The notes: generated by a model from the letters alone, not told the origin. A DNA stretch of 63,073 nucleotides from Dehalococcoidia bacterium (GCA_040882355.1 JBBEBM010000070.1:1-63073), one strand, 5' to 3'; positions 10,236-20,042 are shown, numbered from the stretch's first letter. Made by a program: numbers and translations.

Positions 10236-11366
10236 GTGCGCGTCGCCATCGACGCCTCCGGCCTGCCGCGCCAGTTGGCGGGGGCCGGTGTCTACACCTA
10301 CCAGCTTGTGCGCGCCCTCGCCGAGACGCCCGGCGACGAGCGACTCGTTGTCTTCGCCCGGCGCGGCGTGTTCGAGGATCTGGCCGCGAAACAGAAACGT
10401 CTGCACGTCGTCCCCGTCGATCCGACGTCGCGGCCCGCCCGGCTCGCCTGGGAGCAGACGGTCCTGCCGCTCCTGCTCCGTCGATTGCGGGTGCGCGTGC
10501 TCCACTCGCCTCACCACACGACCCCCGCCGCTCTACCCGGCGTGCGGCGCGTCGTCACCATCCACGACGTCACGTTCATGGTGCTGCCGAAGCGCTACCC
10601 GCTGATGCGCCGCCTCTACATGGAGACCCTCACGCGCGCCGCAGCCCGCCTCGCGGATGCGATCATCACCCCGTCGCAGACCTCGCGACGCGACATCATG
10701 CGGAAGCTTGGCGTGCGGGGCGAGCGCATCGTCGTTATTCCCTACGCCGCCGGGCCGCAGTACACCCCGGTCGATGACCAGGACGCGCTGGGGCGCCTGC
10801 GCTGGAAGCACCACCTGCCCAGCCGCTTCATCCTCAGCGTCGGCAGCCTGGAGCCGGGAAAGAACCGCTCCCGCCTCATCCGCGCCTACGACCTCCTGCG
10901 ACGCGAGGGAATCGACGCGCCGTTAATCATCGTCGGCCAGCCCGCCTGGCGATTCGAGGATGACTTCGCGCTGGTCGAGCGGCTCGGTCTGGGCGAGGAA
11001 GTCCGCTTCCTCGACTACGTGCCGGACGACGACCTGCCCGGCCTCTACAGCGCCGCGACCGTCTTCGCCTTTCCCTCGCTCTACGAGGGCTTCGGCCTGC
11101 CTGTGATCGAGGCGATGGCCTGCGGCACACCCGTCGTCACGTCGAACGGCTCCGCGCTCGCTGAGGTGGCAGACGACGCCGCCCTGCTCGTCGACCCGCT
11201 CAACGTGGATGCACTCGCCGGCGCCCTGCGCCGGTTGCTGGCGGACGACGGCCTCCGCGCGGACCTCAGGGTCCGCGGCCTGGAGCGCGCCCGCAAGTTC
11301 TCCTGGCAGCGCGTGGCGCACGAGACCCGCGTCGTCTACCAGGTCGTCGCGGCGAAAGGCGCCTAG
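10236..11366 (+). CDS. Glycosyltransferase family 4 (group 1)
   Basis: VAIDA, TIHDV, FPSLYEGFGLPVIEAMACGTP; start set at GTG 10236 (CTG 10221 possible). Confidence 0.9.
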   Translation: MRVAIDASGLPRQLAGAGVYTYQLVRALAETPGDERLVVFARRGVFEDLAAKQKRLHVVPVDPTSRPARLAWEQTVLPLLLRRLRVRVLHSPHHTTPAALPGVRRVVTIHDVTFMVLPKRYPLMRRLYMETLTRAAARLADAIITPSQTSRRDIMRKLGVRGERIVVIPYAAGPQYTPVDDQDALGRLRWKHHLPSRFILSVGSLEPGKNRSRLIRAYDLLRREGIDAPLIIVGQPAWRFEDDFALVERLGLGEEVRFLDYVPDDDLPGLYSAATVFAFPSLYEGFGLPVIEAMACGTPVVTSNGSALAEVADDAALLVDPLNVDALAGALRRLLADDGLRADLRVRGLERARKFSWQRVAHETRVVYQVVAAKGA

Positions 11367-12202
11367 TCCCAGAAGTCGAGCGCGGTCCGCAGCGCCCGCT
11401 CGAAGTCGGCGTCAGAGGCCTGCTTGTGTAACGTGCCGATAAGCTGCGCGTCCTGGCCGACCAGGTAGCGCCTCTCCGGTCCTTCGGCCGTCGCGATGTC
11501 GGCGATGAGCGTCGCCACAACCTGCGGGTCGGCGCTCTGGCCGCTACCCGGCCGGCGTCCCATCGCCTGGCCGAACTGCCGATCGAGCGCGGCGTACGGC
11601 GATCCCGCGCCCGAGCCTCGGGCAAGCAACCGGTTGCTGCTGAACTGCGTCGCGAAGGCGCCCGGCTCCACGACGATCACCCGAACGCCGAAGGGGTGCA
11701 GCTCGTAGTAGAGCGCGTCGCTGAGGCCCTCCAGCGCATGCTTGGCGCCCGCGTAGATACCGCCGAAGGCGGTCGCCACGCGACCGGCGATGGAACTAAT
11801 ATTGATGATCGTGCCGCTTCGCTGCCCCCTCATGTGTGGCGCCACCGCCCGCACGAGACGAACCACCCCGAAAACGTTGGCGTCGAAGGCGCGGAGCACT
11901 TCCTCATCAGCGAACTCCTCGACAGCGCCGTGCGCGCCCATGCCAGCGTTGTTCACCAGCACGTCGATCCGCCCGGCTCGCTCGATGACGGTCTCGACCG
12001 CCACCCGCACCGACGCGTCGTCAGTCACATCGAGCGCCAGCAGCCCGACATCGAGTCCCGCGCCCGCCGCCTCTCCGTGGAGCGCCGCGCCCTTGCTCAA
12101 GTCGCGCATCGTCGCGAAGACCGTATCACCGCGACGGGCGAACTCCAGCGCGGTTACCTTGCCGATTCCCGAGCTGCAGCCCGTGATCAGAACGACCGAC
12201 AT
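11363..12202 (-). CDS. SDR family oxidoreductase
   Basis: TGCSSGIG, NNAG, YxxxK (YAGAK); SD GGAGGG before ATG 12202. Confidence 0.92.
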   Translation of the reverse strand: MSVVLITGCSSGIGKVTALEFARRGDTVFATMRDLSKGAALHGEAAGAGLDVGLLALDVTDDASVRVAVETVIERAGRIDVLVNNAGMGAHGAVEEFADEEVLRAFDANVFGVVRLVRAVAPHMRGQRSGTIINISSIAGRVATAFGGIYAGAKHALEGLSDALYYELHPFGVRVIVVEPGAFATQFSSNRLLARGSGAGSPYAALDRQFGQAMGRRPGSGQSADPQVVATLIADIATAEGPERRYLVGQDAQLIGTLHKQASDADFERALRTALDFWD

Positions 12203-12325
12203 GACACCCTCCTTTGGCTTCCCATTCCAAGATCGAAGTGGGCAACGTAGCACAATGGGCCGCAGACTAGCAACCGCTAGCTTGGGCCAGAACGGTTCCC
12301 GCCGGATGTGCTAGTCTTGCCTATC

Positions 12326-13216
12326 GTGGACGTATCGTTCGTCATCGTGAGCTACAACGCGGGAGAGTTTCTCCGGCGCTGCCTGGCGTCCGTATACAAG
12401 CACACCCAGAGCGTCTCATTCGAAGTCATCATCATTGACAACGGCTCGCGGGACGGCACGCCGGAGATCGTGGAGCGGGAGTTCCCGCAGGTGACTTTAG
12501 TCCGCCGCTCGAGCAACGCCGGCTTCGCCACGGCGGCGAACGAGGGCCTTCAGGCCGCCCGTGGCGATGCCCTCGTGCTGCTCAACCCCGATTCCGAGCT
12601 GACTTGCGACATCGTCCAGCCCATGCTCGCCTACCTGCGCGATCATCCGGACATCGGCATCCTGGCGCCGAGGATCGTGAACGAAGACGGCTCGCTTCAG
12701 CTCTCCTGTCGTACCTTCCCGGCCTTCAACGTGGCCCTGTTCAACCGCCACTCGCTCGCCACCAAACTCCTCCCTGGGAACCGCTTCTCCAGCCGCTACC
12801 TGATGACGGACTTCGACCACAGCGGCATCGCCGACGTTGACTGGGCGTCGGGGGCGTGCTGGCTCCTCCCCCGCCGTACGCTCGAGCAGGTGGGGCTCCT
12901 GGACGGAGGCTACTTCTGGTCGATCGAGGACGTCGACTACTGCCAGCGAGTGCACCGGCTCGGCCTGCGCATCGTCTACTACCCGGAAGTGACCGTGCTC
13001 CACCACATCGGACGCAGCTCAGCGACGATACCAAACAAATCGATCATCGCCCGCCACCGGGGCATGTGGCGATACTACCGGCAGCACCTGCGCCCGCATA
13101 GGCCCGTCGTCGGCGCCCTGGTGGACGGTGTCGTCGGGGCCGGCATCGCCGCCCGCTGCGGCGCGAATCTGGCCGTGAACAACGTGAAGAGGAGATTGGG
13201 GCGGGACGGCGCCTAG
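12326..13216 (+). CDS. Glycosyltransferase family 2 (WbbL-like rhamnosyltransferase family)
   Basis: IVSYN, LLNPD, EDVDYC motifs; start uncertain (12308/12317/12326). Confidence 0.88.
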   Translation: MDVSFVIVSYNAGEFLRRCLASVYKHTQSVSFEVIIIDNGSRDGTPEIVEREFPQVTLVRRSSNAGFATAANEGLQAARGDALVLLNPDSELTCDIVQPMLAYLRDHPDIGILAPRIVNEDGSLQLSCRTFPAFNVALFNRHSLATKLLPGNRFSSRYLMTDFDHSGIADVDWASGACWLLPRRTLEQVGLLDGGYFWSIEDVDYCQRVHRLGLRIVYYPEVTVLHHIGRSSATIPNKSIIARHRGMWRYYRQHLRPHRPVVGALVDGVVGAGIAARCGANLAVNNVKRRLGRDGA

Positions 13217-14328
13217 TCGCTCTCGTTCGGCTCTTCTACCCATCGCAGGCGCCGGCGCAGCCAGACGATACTCGCGCTATTCCAGATCGTCAGCGCGTAG
13301 CCCAGCTTGGTCAGCAACCCGAGCACCAGAGCGATCGTACCCACGAACACCGCCATCTCCAGCGCGAAGACGTGCACATAGTGGAGCACGATCGCGCCGC
13401 CCGCGAAGAGCGCGGCGACTGAGTAGATCACCAGCACGAGACCGCGCGGCCCGAAGCCCGCCATCTCCAGCCGGTGGTGGATGTGGTCCTCGTCGCCCAT
13501 CAACGGGTGGCGGTGGTCAAGCATGCGCCTCACAGCGGCCAGCCCGGTATCGAGGATCGGGAAGCCCAGCGCCACGATCGGCACCGCGATGAAGACCGCG
13601 TCGGTGACACCAGTCGCGGCGCGAATGGAGAGCGACCCGATGATGAAGCCGAACAGGTAGGCCCCGGAGTCGCCGATGTAGACCGACGCAGGTGGGAGGT
13701 TGAAGGGCAACAGGCCGAGGCCCGCGCCCGCAACGGCGACGAGCAGGAGCGCTACGGTAGGGTGCTCCGCGTTGGCGGCGATCTGGGCCAGCGCCACCGC
13801 GCCGAGGATCGCCACGCCCGCGGCGACGCCGTCGCGGCCGTCGAGCAGGTTGATCGCGTTGGTGAAGAAGACGATCCAGAGCACCGTGATCACGGGGGCC
13901 ATGAAGCCGAGTGCGAACTCAGGGCCCCACGGCAGCCCGACCCGGTCGATGCTGTAGCCCGCCGAGTACACGGCCGAGGCGGCCGCGACCTGCGCGAGCA
14001 GCTTCGGCTTCCAATTCAGCACCTTCCAGTCGTCCAGGAAGCCGATGACGAAGATCAGACCGCAGGCACCCAGGAACGCCAGGAAGTCGCCTGACTTGGG
14101 TGAGAAGATCTCCGACGCCTGGTCGGAGATGGCGGAAGCGATGAACGGCGTGACCGCGAAGGCGAGGAGGATCGCGACGCCGCCCCAGCGCGGACGCTCG
14201 GCGGTCCCGCGACCCTCGTGGAAGAAGCCCGCGAATCGCTGCGTGTGGGACAGCGCGTAGAGGGAAGCTGTCGCGGCCAGGCCGATGCCCACCGCGAGCG
14301 CCAGCGTAATGAGATAGACGTCCAGCAT
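13213..14328 (-). CDS. MraY/WecA-family polyprenyl-phosphate HexNAc-1-phosphate transferase
   Basis: GFLDD, NAINLLDGRDG, FNLPPASVYIGDSG, DHIHHRL motifs; multi-TM. Confidence 0.9.
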   Translation of the reverse strand: MLDVYLITLALAVGIGLAATASLYALSHTQRFAGFFHEGRGTAERPRWGGVAILLAFAVTPFIASAISDQASEIFSPKSGDFLAFLGACGLIFVIGFLDDWKVLNWKPKLLAQVAAASAVYSAGYSIDRVGLPWGPEFALGFMAPVITVLWIVFFTNAINLLDGRDGVAAGVAILGAVALAQIAANAEHPTVALLLVAVAGAGLGLLPFNLPPASVYIGDSGAYLFGFIIGSLSIRAATGVTDAVFIAVPIVALGFPILDTGLAAVRRMLDHRHPLMGDEDHIHHRLEMAGFGPRGLVLVIYSVAALFAGGAIVLHYVHVFALEMAVFVGTIALVLGLLTKLGYALTIWNSASIVWLRRRLRWVEEPNESD

Positions 14329-14437
14329 CTCTTCCCGTCTCCCCCCGCTGCCTCAGCCCCTAGTCTAGCATGCCCGTTCGATGGCGACTACCCGCTTGCG
14401 CTTGTCTCGCGTCGAACAATCGGTCTACACTCGGTTC

Positions 14438-14923
14438 GTGCGCCGCGTCCTGCCCGTATTCGCAGCCTGCCTGCTGTTCGCGGCTTCCTTCGCCGCCTGC
14501 GACGACGAAGACCAGGGCCCGGAGGCATCCGCCTCGCCTCCCCTCGACAACGCCTCCACCATCGTGCCTGTAACACCCATCGAAAAGCCTGACAACGTGC
14601 CCGAACCCGCCGAAGCGACCGCCGCGACCACCGAGCTCGGCCACATCGAGCGCCGCGCCAATCAGGAGCCCGACACGACGGACGTCCGCGACCTGGGCGA
14701 CGCCGGCTGCGAGGACGACGTGATCACGCTCGAAACGTCCCAAGAGACGATCTACCTCGCCAGCGCCTGCGACGGCTTCTGGAACGACGAACAGCTCGAC
14801 CAGTTCATCGGGCAGGAGGTGGCCATCGTGCTCGAGGTCACCGAGGAGCGCTTCCGCGTCACGATCGAGACCGTGCCCGGCGCGCAGGCGGAGTTCACGG
14901 CCGCTGGCATCTGGGTGCAGTGA
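14438..14923 (+). CDS. Hypothetical lipoprotein
   Basis: Signal peptide ending in lipobox FAAC; acidic mature region; GTG 6 nt after TACACT. Confidence 0.75.
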   Translation: MRRVLPVFAACLLFAASFAACDDEDQGPEASASPPLDNASTIVPVTPIEKPDNVPEPAEATAATTELGHIERRANQEPDTTDVRDLGDAGCEDDVITLETSQETIYLASACDGFWNDEQLDQFIGQEVAIVLEVTEERFRVTIETVPGAQAEFTAAGIWVQ

Positions 14924-15666
14924 GCGCCGGCCGCGTCCGCGCCGTCGTCTTCGACCTCGGCCACACCATCTGGGACTACGCGCCCCGCGACGATTCGCGC
15001 CGCCTCAACGTCCTGCGCCTTTACCGACGCCTCGTCGACGCGTTCGGCGATGCGCCGGAGCCGGCCGCCCTCGACCGCGCCCTGGGCGAGGTGATCCTCC
15101 GCTGGGTGGAACGCTGGCGGTCGGGCCAGCTCGAACAGCCGCCCGGCGAGGCGCTCGTGCGGGAAGCGCTCGCATCGCTCGGCGTCAACGCCCCCGACGC
15201 CCTCTCGCGCGAGCTCGCAGCGATCATTTTCGGCGCGGAGCTGGACTTTCCCGTCGTCGCGCCCGACTCGCTCTGGGCGATCGCGACGCTCCATGAGCGC
15301 GGCCTCGCCCTCGGCTGCGTCACGAACACGATCCTCCTGGAGTCCGCCATCCGCGACGCCCTCTACCGCCTCGGCTTGCTCCGCTACATCAGCTCGGTCG
15401 TCGTCTCGAGCGCCGTCGGCTACCAGAAGCCGCATCCCGCGCTCTTCCGTCAGGCGCTGGACGACATCGGCATCCCGGCGGGTGAGGTCGTCTTCGTCGG
15501 CGACCGCCTCGTCGAGGACGTGGGCGGCGCCCAGGCCGCCGGCATGCGCGCCGTCCTCACTCACCAGTTCCGCCAGGAGCAGGCGGCGGATGGCTCGCCG
15601 GAGCCTGACGCCATCATCCGGCGCCTCAGCGAGCTGCCGGACGTGATCGAGAGTTTCGACCCATGA
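14920..15666 (+). CDS. HAD family hydrolase
   Basis: FDLGHT, VTN, KPHP, FVGD motifs. Confidence 0.9.
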   Translation: MSAGRVRAVVFDLGHTIWDYAPRDDSRRLNVLRLYRRLVDAFGDAPEPAALDRALGEVILRWVERWRSGQLEQPPGEALVREALASLGVNAPDALSRELAAIIFGAELDFPVVAPDSLWAIATLHERGLALGCVTNTILLESAIRDALYRLGLLRYISSVVVSSAVGYQKPHPALFRQALDDIGIPAGEVVFVGDRLVEDVGGAQAAGMRAVLTHQFRQEQAADGSPEPDAIIRRLSELPDVIESFDP

Positions 15667-16181
15667 GGATCGCCATCGTCGAACGCGCGGAGCTGCCCGA
15701 AACGGCCTTCTATCTCATGAACACCGCGTTCCCCGAAGACCCGCTCGAGGAGAGTCGCGAGTTCTGGGCATCCATCGACCAATCGGCCCACGCGCTGGTC
15801 TACGAAAGCGAACGCCTCGTCGGCCACGCCGCGATAGTCGACCGCACGCTGTACGTGGCCGGCCGCCCGATAGCGACCGCCTACGTCGAGTACGTCTGCG
15901 CGGAGCCGAGGCGGCAGGGCCACGGCTCCGCGGCCATGCGCGCGCTTCGCGAGGAGATCGAGCGCCGCGACTATCGTCTCGCCGCCCTCGCCACCAGCTC
16001 CTTCGACTTCTATGCGCGCCTCGGCTGGCGCGTCTGGCGCGGCCCCACCGCCTATCGCGCGTCCGACGGCGCCGTCGTACCCACGCCCGACGAGCAGCCG
16101 ATGGTGCTCGACCTCGGCGCGAACGTCAACCTCGACCACCCGATCGAGTGCGACTGGCGAGCCGTCGGCGACATCTGGTAA
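15663..16181 (+). CDS. GNAT acetyltransferase, aminoglycoside 2'-N-acetyltransferase-like
   Basis: GHAAIVDR, YVE, FYARLGWRVWRGPT, TPDE and C-terminal CDWRAVGDIW resemble the AAC(2')-I family. Confidence 0.8.
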   Translation: MRIAIVERAELPETAFYLMNTAFPEDPLEESREFWASIDQSAHALVYESERLVGHAAIVDRTLYVAGRPIATAYVEYVCAEPRRQGHGSAAMRALREEIERRDYRLAALATSSFDFYARLGWRVWRGPTAYRASDGAVVPTPDEQPMVLDLGANVNLDHPIECDWRAVGDIW

Positions 16182-16187
16182 GCGGCC

Positions 16188-16715
16188 TCAGACGCCGAGC
16201 TTGCGCATCGCGCGCATGGCGAACACAGCGGCCGGATTGATCCCGGCGCTCCCATCGAACGATGAGACGCTGGTCGGCGTCAGCTCCAGAATGCGACTCT
16301 CTCCCGAGAACGTTGGGTAGACGTTCTGAATGTAGTAGCGGCCGCCTGCTCGACCCAGGTAACGCCGCGCCAGCCGCTGGTCCAGATCGAAACCCGCCTT
16401 CGCGTCGTCGATCACCCTCGCCTGCGCCCGCACCGTCACCGCGCGATACGGCGGTGCGGGGTCCTGGATGCACAGCGAGACGTTCGCGTTCCTCAGGATC
16501 GCGCGGTTCTTCTGCGATGTGCTCATGCTGTGGACCAGGAACTTGCCGTCGCGGTACTCCTGCCACACTGGCGTCGAGGTGACCTCTCCCTTCGGAGTTA
16601 CCCAGCTCAGCACCGCGATCCAGGGCTGCGCCACGAACCGCGCCAGATCGCCCGGCGACATCGCCGTCGCCAGCGGGTCGCTGGCATGGCTTGCTATCGA
16701 TGTGTCTCCGGTCAT
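16188..16715 (-). CDS. Pyridoxamine 5'-phosphate oxidase family protein (PPOX class, likely F420-binding)
   Basis: TPVW, KNRAILRNANVSLCI, PYRAVTVR pattern. Confidence 0.75.
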   Translation of the reverse strand: MTGDTSIASHASDPLATAMSPGDLARFVAQPWIAVLSWVTPKGEVTSTPVWQEYRDGKFLVHSMSTSQKNRAILRNANVSLCIQDPAPPYRAVTVRAQARVIDDAKAGFDLDQRLARRYLGRAGGRYYIQNVYPTFSGESRILELTPTSVSSFDGSAGINPAAVFAMRAMRKLGV

Positions 16716-16793
16716 CCGTCACCTTCCTCCCAGTCCTGAGCTCACGCGCTCACTTACTATAGCGGGGCGGCCAGCTGCACGGGACGCGCGGAA

Positions 16794-16821
16794 GCAGGGG
16801 CGTTCCATGGAACGCCCCTAC
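16794..16821 (-). repeat. GTAG-type REP palindrome
   Basis: Minus strand GTAGGGGCGTTCCATGGAACGCCCCTGC; near-identical to the copy at 23564. Confidence 0.75.
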
Positions 16822-16858
16822 CGAACGCCCACCGCCTCGGCTATCATACCGGTGCGCC

Positions 16859-17830
16859 ATGAACGTCCTCGCTGAGGGAGCCGCGCCCTACCTGAAAGTC
16901 GATCCGGACGGCTTCCGGGAGCACGTGCGCGACCACAAGTCGCGTGCGCTCGAGCCGAAGCTGACGTCGGCGCAGGACGCCGTCGCGCGCTTCGTCGCCG
17001 ACGGCGACTACCTCGTCTACGACTGCAACTACTTGCAGCGCGGCCCCTCCGTCCTCATCCGCGAGGTCATCCGCCAGCAGAAGCGCGACCTCTGGCTCTG
17101 CGGCAAGTTCACCTACGTCGACGTCGGCCTGCTCGTCGGCGCGGGCTGCGCGACAAAGGTCGATTGCGGCTTCTTCTATCAGGGCGGCGCCATCGACCGG
17201 GCGCTCGACGAAGGCCGGCTCGAGATCTACGAGTACAGCAACGTCGTGATGACGCATCGACTGAAGGCGGGCGCGATGGGCCTGCCCTTCCTGCCCGTGC
17301 GCTCCTTCGGCGGCACCGACGGCTTCGAACACTCCGGCGCGAAGCTCGTCGAAGACCCGTACACGGGCCAGGCGACGGTGATCGTGCCCGCGCTCAATCC
17401 CGACGTCGCGCTCATCCACGTCCACCAGGCCGACCAGTACGGCAACGCGCGCGTCTTCGGCACCGGCATCGCCCACGTCGAGTCCGCGCTCGCGTCGCGC
17501 AAGGTCGTCCTCACGGCCGAGGAGATCATCGATACCGACGAGTTCCGGCGCGACCCCGGCCGCACCAGCATCCCCTACTACGCCGTCGACGCGGTCGTCC
17601 ACGCGCCGTTCGGGGCCTACCCGGGCACGTGCGGCGGCTACTACGGCTCCGACACCGGCCACGTCATCGAGTCGTTCGCCGCGGTCGCCCGCGACGGCGT
17701 CGCGAACTACGTCGAGAAGTGGATCGCGCCCTTCGCGAACGAACGGGAGATGATCGATAAGCTCGTCGGCGAAGAGAAGCTCGCGCAGCTCCAAGCGAAC
17801 GAGTCGATCCATGAAGGCTACCGGGCATGA
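16859..17830 (+). CDS. CoA transferase subunit A (glutaconate CoA-transferase-like)
   Basis: AGAMGLPFLP, PALNPDVALIHVHQADQYGNA, GAYP motifs. Confidence 0.9.
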   Translation: MNVLAEGAAPYLKVDPDGFREHVRDHKSRALEPKLTSAQDAVARFVADGDYLVYDCNYLQRGPSVLIREVIRQQKRDLWLCGKFTYVDVGLLVGAGCATKVDCGFFYQGGAIDRALDEGRLEIYEYSNVVMTHRLKAGAMGLPFLPVRSFGGTDGFEHSGAKLVEDPYTGQATVIVPALNPDVALIHVHQADQYGNARVFGTGIAHVESALASRKVVLTAEEIIDTDEFRRDPGRTSIPYYAVDAVVHAPFGAYPGTCGGYYGSDTGHVIESFAAVARDGVANYVEKWIAPFANEREMIDKLVGEEKLAQLQANESIHEGYRA

Positions 17831-18687
17831 CGATGCTCGACGTGCCCGGCGCGAAAGCGGCGTCGTTCAACGAACGCGAGATGCAGATCGTGCTCGTCGC
17901 GCGCATGATCGAGGAGGGGCGCACCTACTGGGTCGCGGGCGGCGGCAGCCCGATGTACACGATCCTGCTCGGCAAGCGCCTCTACGCCCCGAACGCGCAG
18001 TACATCACGGAGGACGGTGTCATCGCGCCGGAGCCGATGCTCCCCTTCGAGCCGATCATGACGATGGTGGCGAGCCGGCCCGCGTACCAGGCGCTCGCCT
18101 GGGGCACGATGAACACCGCCGGCGAGCACGCCCAGCTCGGCTTCATGGACTACGGCCTCCTCAACTGCCTCCAGATCGACAAGCACGGCAACCTCAACTC
18201 GACGGCCGTCCGCCAGGCCGACGGCAAGCTGCGCCACTTCGGCGGGCCCGGCGGCGCCGACACCATTGCCGCCGCCTGCTGGCGCACCATCGTCATGACC
18301 GACCAGGAGCAGCGCAAGTTCGTCGAGCGGGTCGACTTCATTTCGTCGCCTGGCTTCCTCGACGGCACGCCCAACGCCCGCGAGCGCGCCGGCCTCCCCC
18401 GCGCCACCGGCCCCTGGCGCGTCGTCACGCCCTGGGCAATGTACGACTACGACGACGAGCGCCGCCTGCGCCTCATCGCCGTCGCGCCCTTCGTCACCGT
18501 CGACGACGTCCTCGCCGAGTGTGAGTGCGCGCCGCAGATCGCCGACCACGTCGATACGCTCGCCGTGCCGACGGAGCACGAGCTGGAAGTGCTGCGCGGA
18601 CAGCTCGACGTGCAGGGCCAGACAACGGGCGTACGCTCCGGCTGGGTCGTCCTCGAAGGCGACAAGTACGTCCGTCAGGCGGGCTGA
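17827..18687 (+). CDS. CoA transferase subunit B
   Basis: QIDKHGNLNST, GPGGA, FVERVDFISSPG; ATGA-coupled to subunit A. Confidence 0.9.
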   Translation: MTMLDVPGAKAASFNEREMQIVLVARMIEEGRTYWVAGGGSPMYTILLGKRLYAPNAQYITEDGVIAPEPMLPFEPIMTMVASRPAYQALAWGTMNTAGEHAQLGFMDYGLLNCLQIDKHGNLNSTAVRQADGKLRHFGGPGGADTIAAACWRTIVMTDQEQRKFVERVDFISSPGFLDGTPNARERAGLPRATGPWRVVTPWAMYDYDDERRLRLIAVAPFVTVDDVLAECECAPQIADHVDTLAVPTEHELEVLRGQLDVQGQTTGVRSGWVVLEGDKYVRQAG

Positions 18688-18699
18688 GCAGGCAGTCTT

Positions 18700-18939
18700 G
18701 TGGCGAGCCAGTCCGGCAATATCAGGTTCTCGCACCATGCTAGGAACCGCCTTCGCCAGGCAAAGCTGACCCAGCACGAGGTCCTCGCCTCCCTTAAGCA
18801 AGACCGTGAAGTCAGGCGCGACCAGAAAGGCAATGCTGTGCTAGCTGCTACAATCAAGGGAAGGGCGTTCACCATCATCCTGGATGACCGCGCTACGCCG
18901 AAGGAGATCGTAACGCTATTCCCAACGAGGCAGCCATGA
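18700..18939 (+). CDS. DUF4258-like putative toxin
   Basis: FSHHARNRL N-terminus and IVTLF C-terminus, 79 aa, overlaps the DUF2283 gene. Confidence 0.7.
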   Translation: MASQSGNIRFSHHARNRLRQAKLTQHEVLASLKQDREVRRDQKGNAVLAATIKGRAFTIILDDRATPKEIVTLFPTRQP

Positions 18940-19214
18940 AGAAGGTCACCTTCACCTACGATCCTGATGCGGACGCGGTCTACATCCGCTTGGAGCGCAA
19001 GCCCCTCTCGTACACCGAAGAGGTCGACGACCAGCGTCACGTCGATTTCGCCGCTGACGGCACAGCCATCGGCATCGAGTTGCTGTACGTTAGCGACGGC
19101 ATTGAGGCTCGAGGGCTCCCGCGTGCCGACCTCGTAAAGCGAGTGGTTGAGACTGTGAAGTGCCTGAAGCGCGCCGGCACCACGTCGAGCACCCGAGTAA
19201 CCGTCGCTGCCTGA
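18936..19214 (+). CDS. DUF2283-like putative antitoxin
   Basis: YDPDADAVYIRL ... D..G..IGIELL signature. Confidence 0.85.
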   Translation: MKKVTFTYDPDADAVYIRLERKPLSYTEEVDDQRHVDFAADGTAIGIELLYVSDGIEARGLPRADLVKRVVETVKCLKRAGTTSSTRVTVAA

Positions 19215-19232
19215 CCGGAAAAGGGCGCTGCC

Positions 19233-20042
19233 ATCAAACGCATCATCGTCATCGGAGCTGCGCTGGTCGCGGCCGCATTCCTTTTCGCACTAATGCCCGG
19301 CAGCCCCGCTCACGCCGGCGAGTTCGGCTTCTCCGTGCCGGACCCTGAAGGGGACACGTTTGGGAGTCCGCCGCCCGCAGCTCCCGACATCACGAACGTC
19401 GCGGGCACAATCGACAGCACCACCTTCACGCTCAGCGTCCAGTTCGCGGACGACGTGTCGCCGCCCGACTCCGGCGCGCCGGACGCCATCTCCGGCTTTG
19501 TCGTGTTCGACACCGACCAGGACGCGAGCACCGGCGTCTACGTCGATACCGAGATCGCGCAGTTCTGCCCGCAGCCGCTCGCCATCGGTTCGGACGTCAC
19601 GCTCCAACTCTTCAACTACCAAGGAGGCGGCGCGCCCATGATCCGCACCCCTGGAGGCCAACTCATCGTTCAGGCGGTGATCACCTTCGACGGTCCGTCC
19701 TTCACCGCCGTGATGCCGCTCTCCGCCCTCGGCGACGACGACTTCAACTTCGCCGTGCTCGTTGCGCCGCCCGACATCCCGATCACCGACTGCGCGCCGG
19801 GCGACGGCGGCACCATCGACACCACCGCGTTCCAGACCGCGCCGACGGCGACCGCCACTGAGCGGCCGCCCCCCTCGCCCACTGACACGCCCGCGCCGAC
19901 GGCCACCACCGCGCCCTCCGGCCTGCCTGTCCTTGGCGGCGGCGAGCCTCGCGAAAGCGCGGCGCCCGTCTGGCTCGCGACCGGCCTCGGCGCCCTGGCG
20001 CTGCTCACGTTCGCCGGCGCCCGCCTGCGGGCGCGGCGGTAG
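19233..20042 (+). CDS. Secreted surface protein with Thr/Pro linker and LPVLG + TM + basic tail
   Basis: Signal peptide IKRIIVIGAALVAAAFLFALMPGSPAHA begins at ATC 19233 (first ATG is 19293); C-terminal anchor. Confidence 0.75.
   Translation: MKRIIVIGAALVAAAFLFALMPGSPAHAGEFGFSVPDPEGDTFGSPPPAAPDITNVAGTIDSTTFTLSVQFADDVSPPDSGAPDAISGFVVFDTDQDASTGVYVDTEIAQFCPQPLAIGSDVTLQLFNYQGGGAPMIRTPGGQLIVQAVITFDGPSFTAVMPLSALGDDDFNFAVLVAPPDIPITDCAPGDGGTIDTTAFQTAPTATATERPPPSPTDTPAPTATTAPSGLPVLGGGEPRESAAPVWLATGLGALALLTFAGARLRARR

Noticed and set aside
19212..19214. TGA readthrough (selenocysteine) fusing DUF2283 to the downstream in-frame ORF
   Set aside because: Downstream ORF begins with a signal peptide; no SECIS-like hairpin or redox context seen
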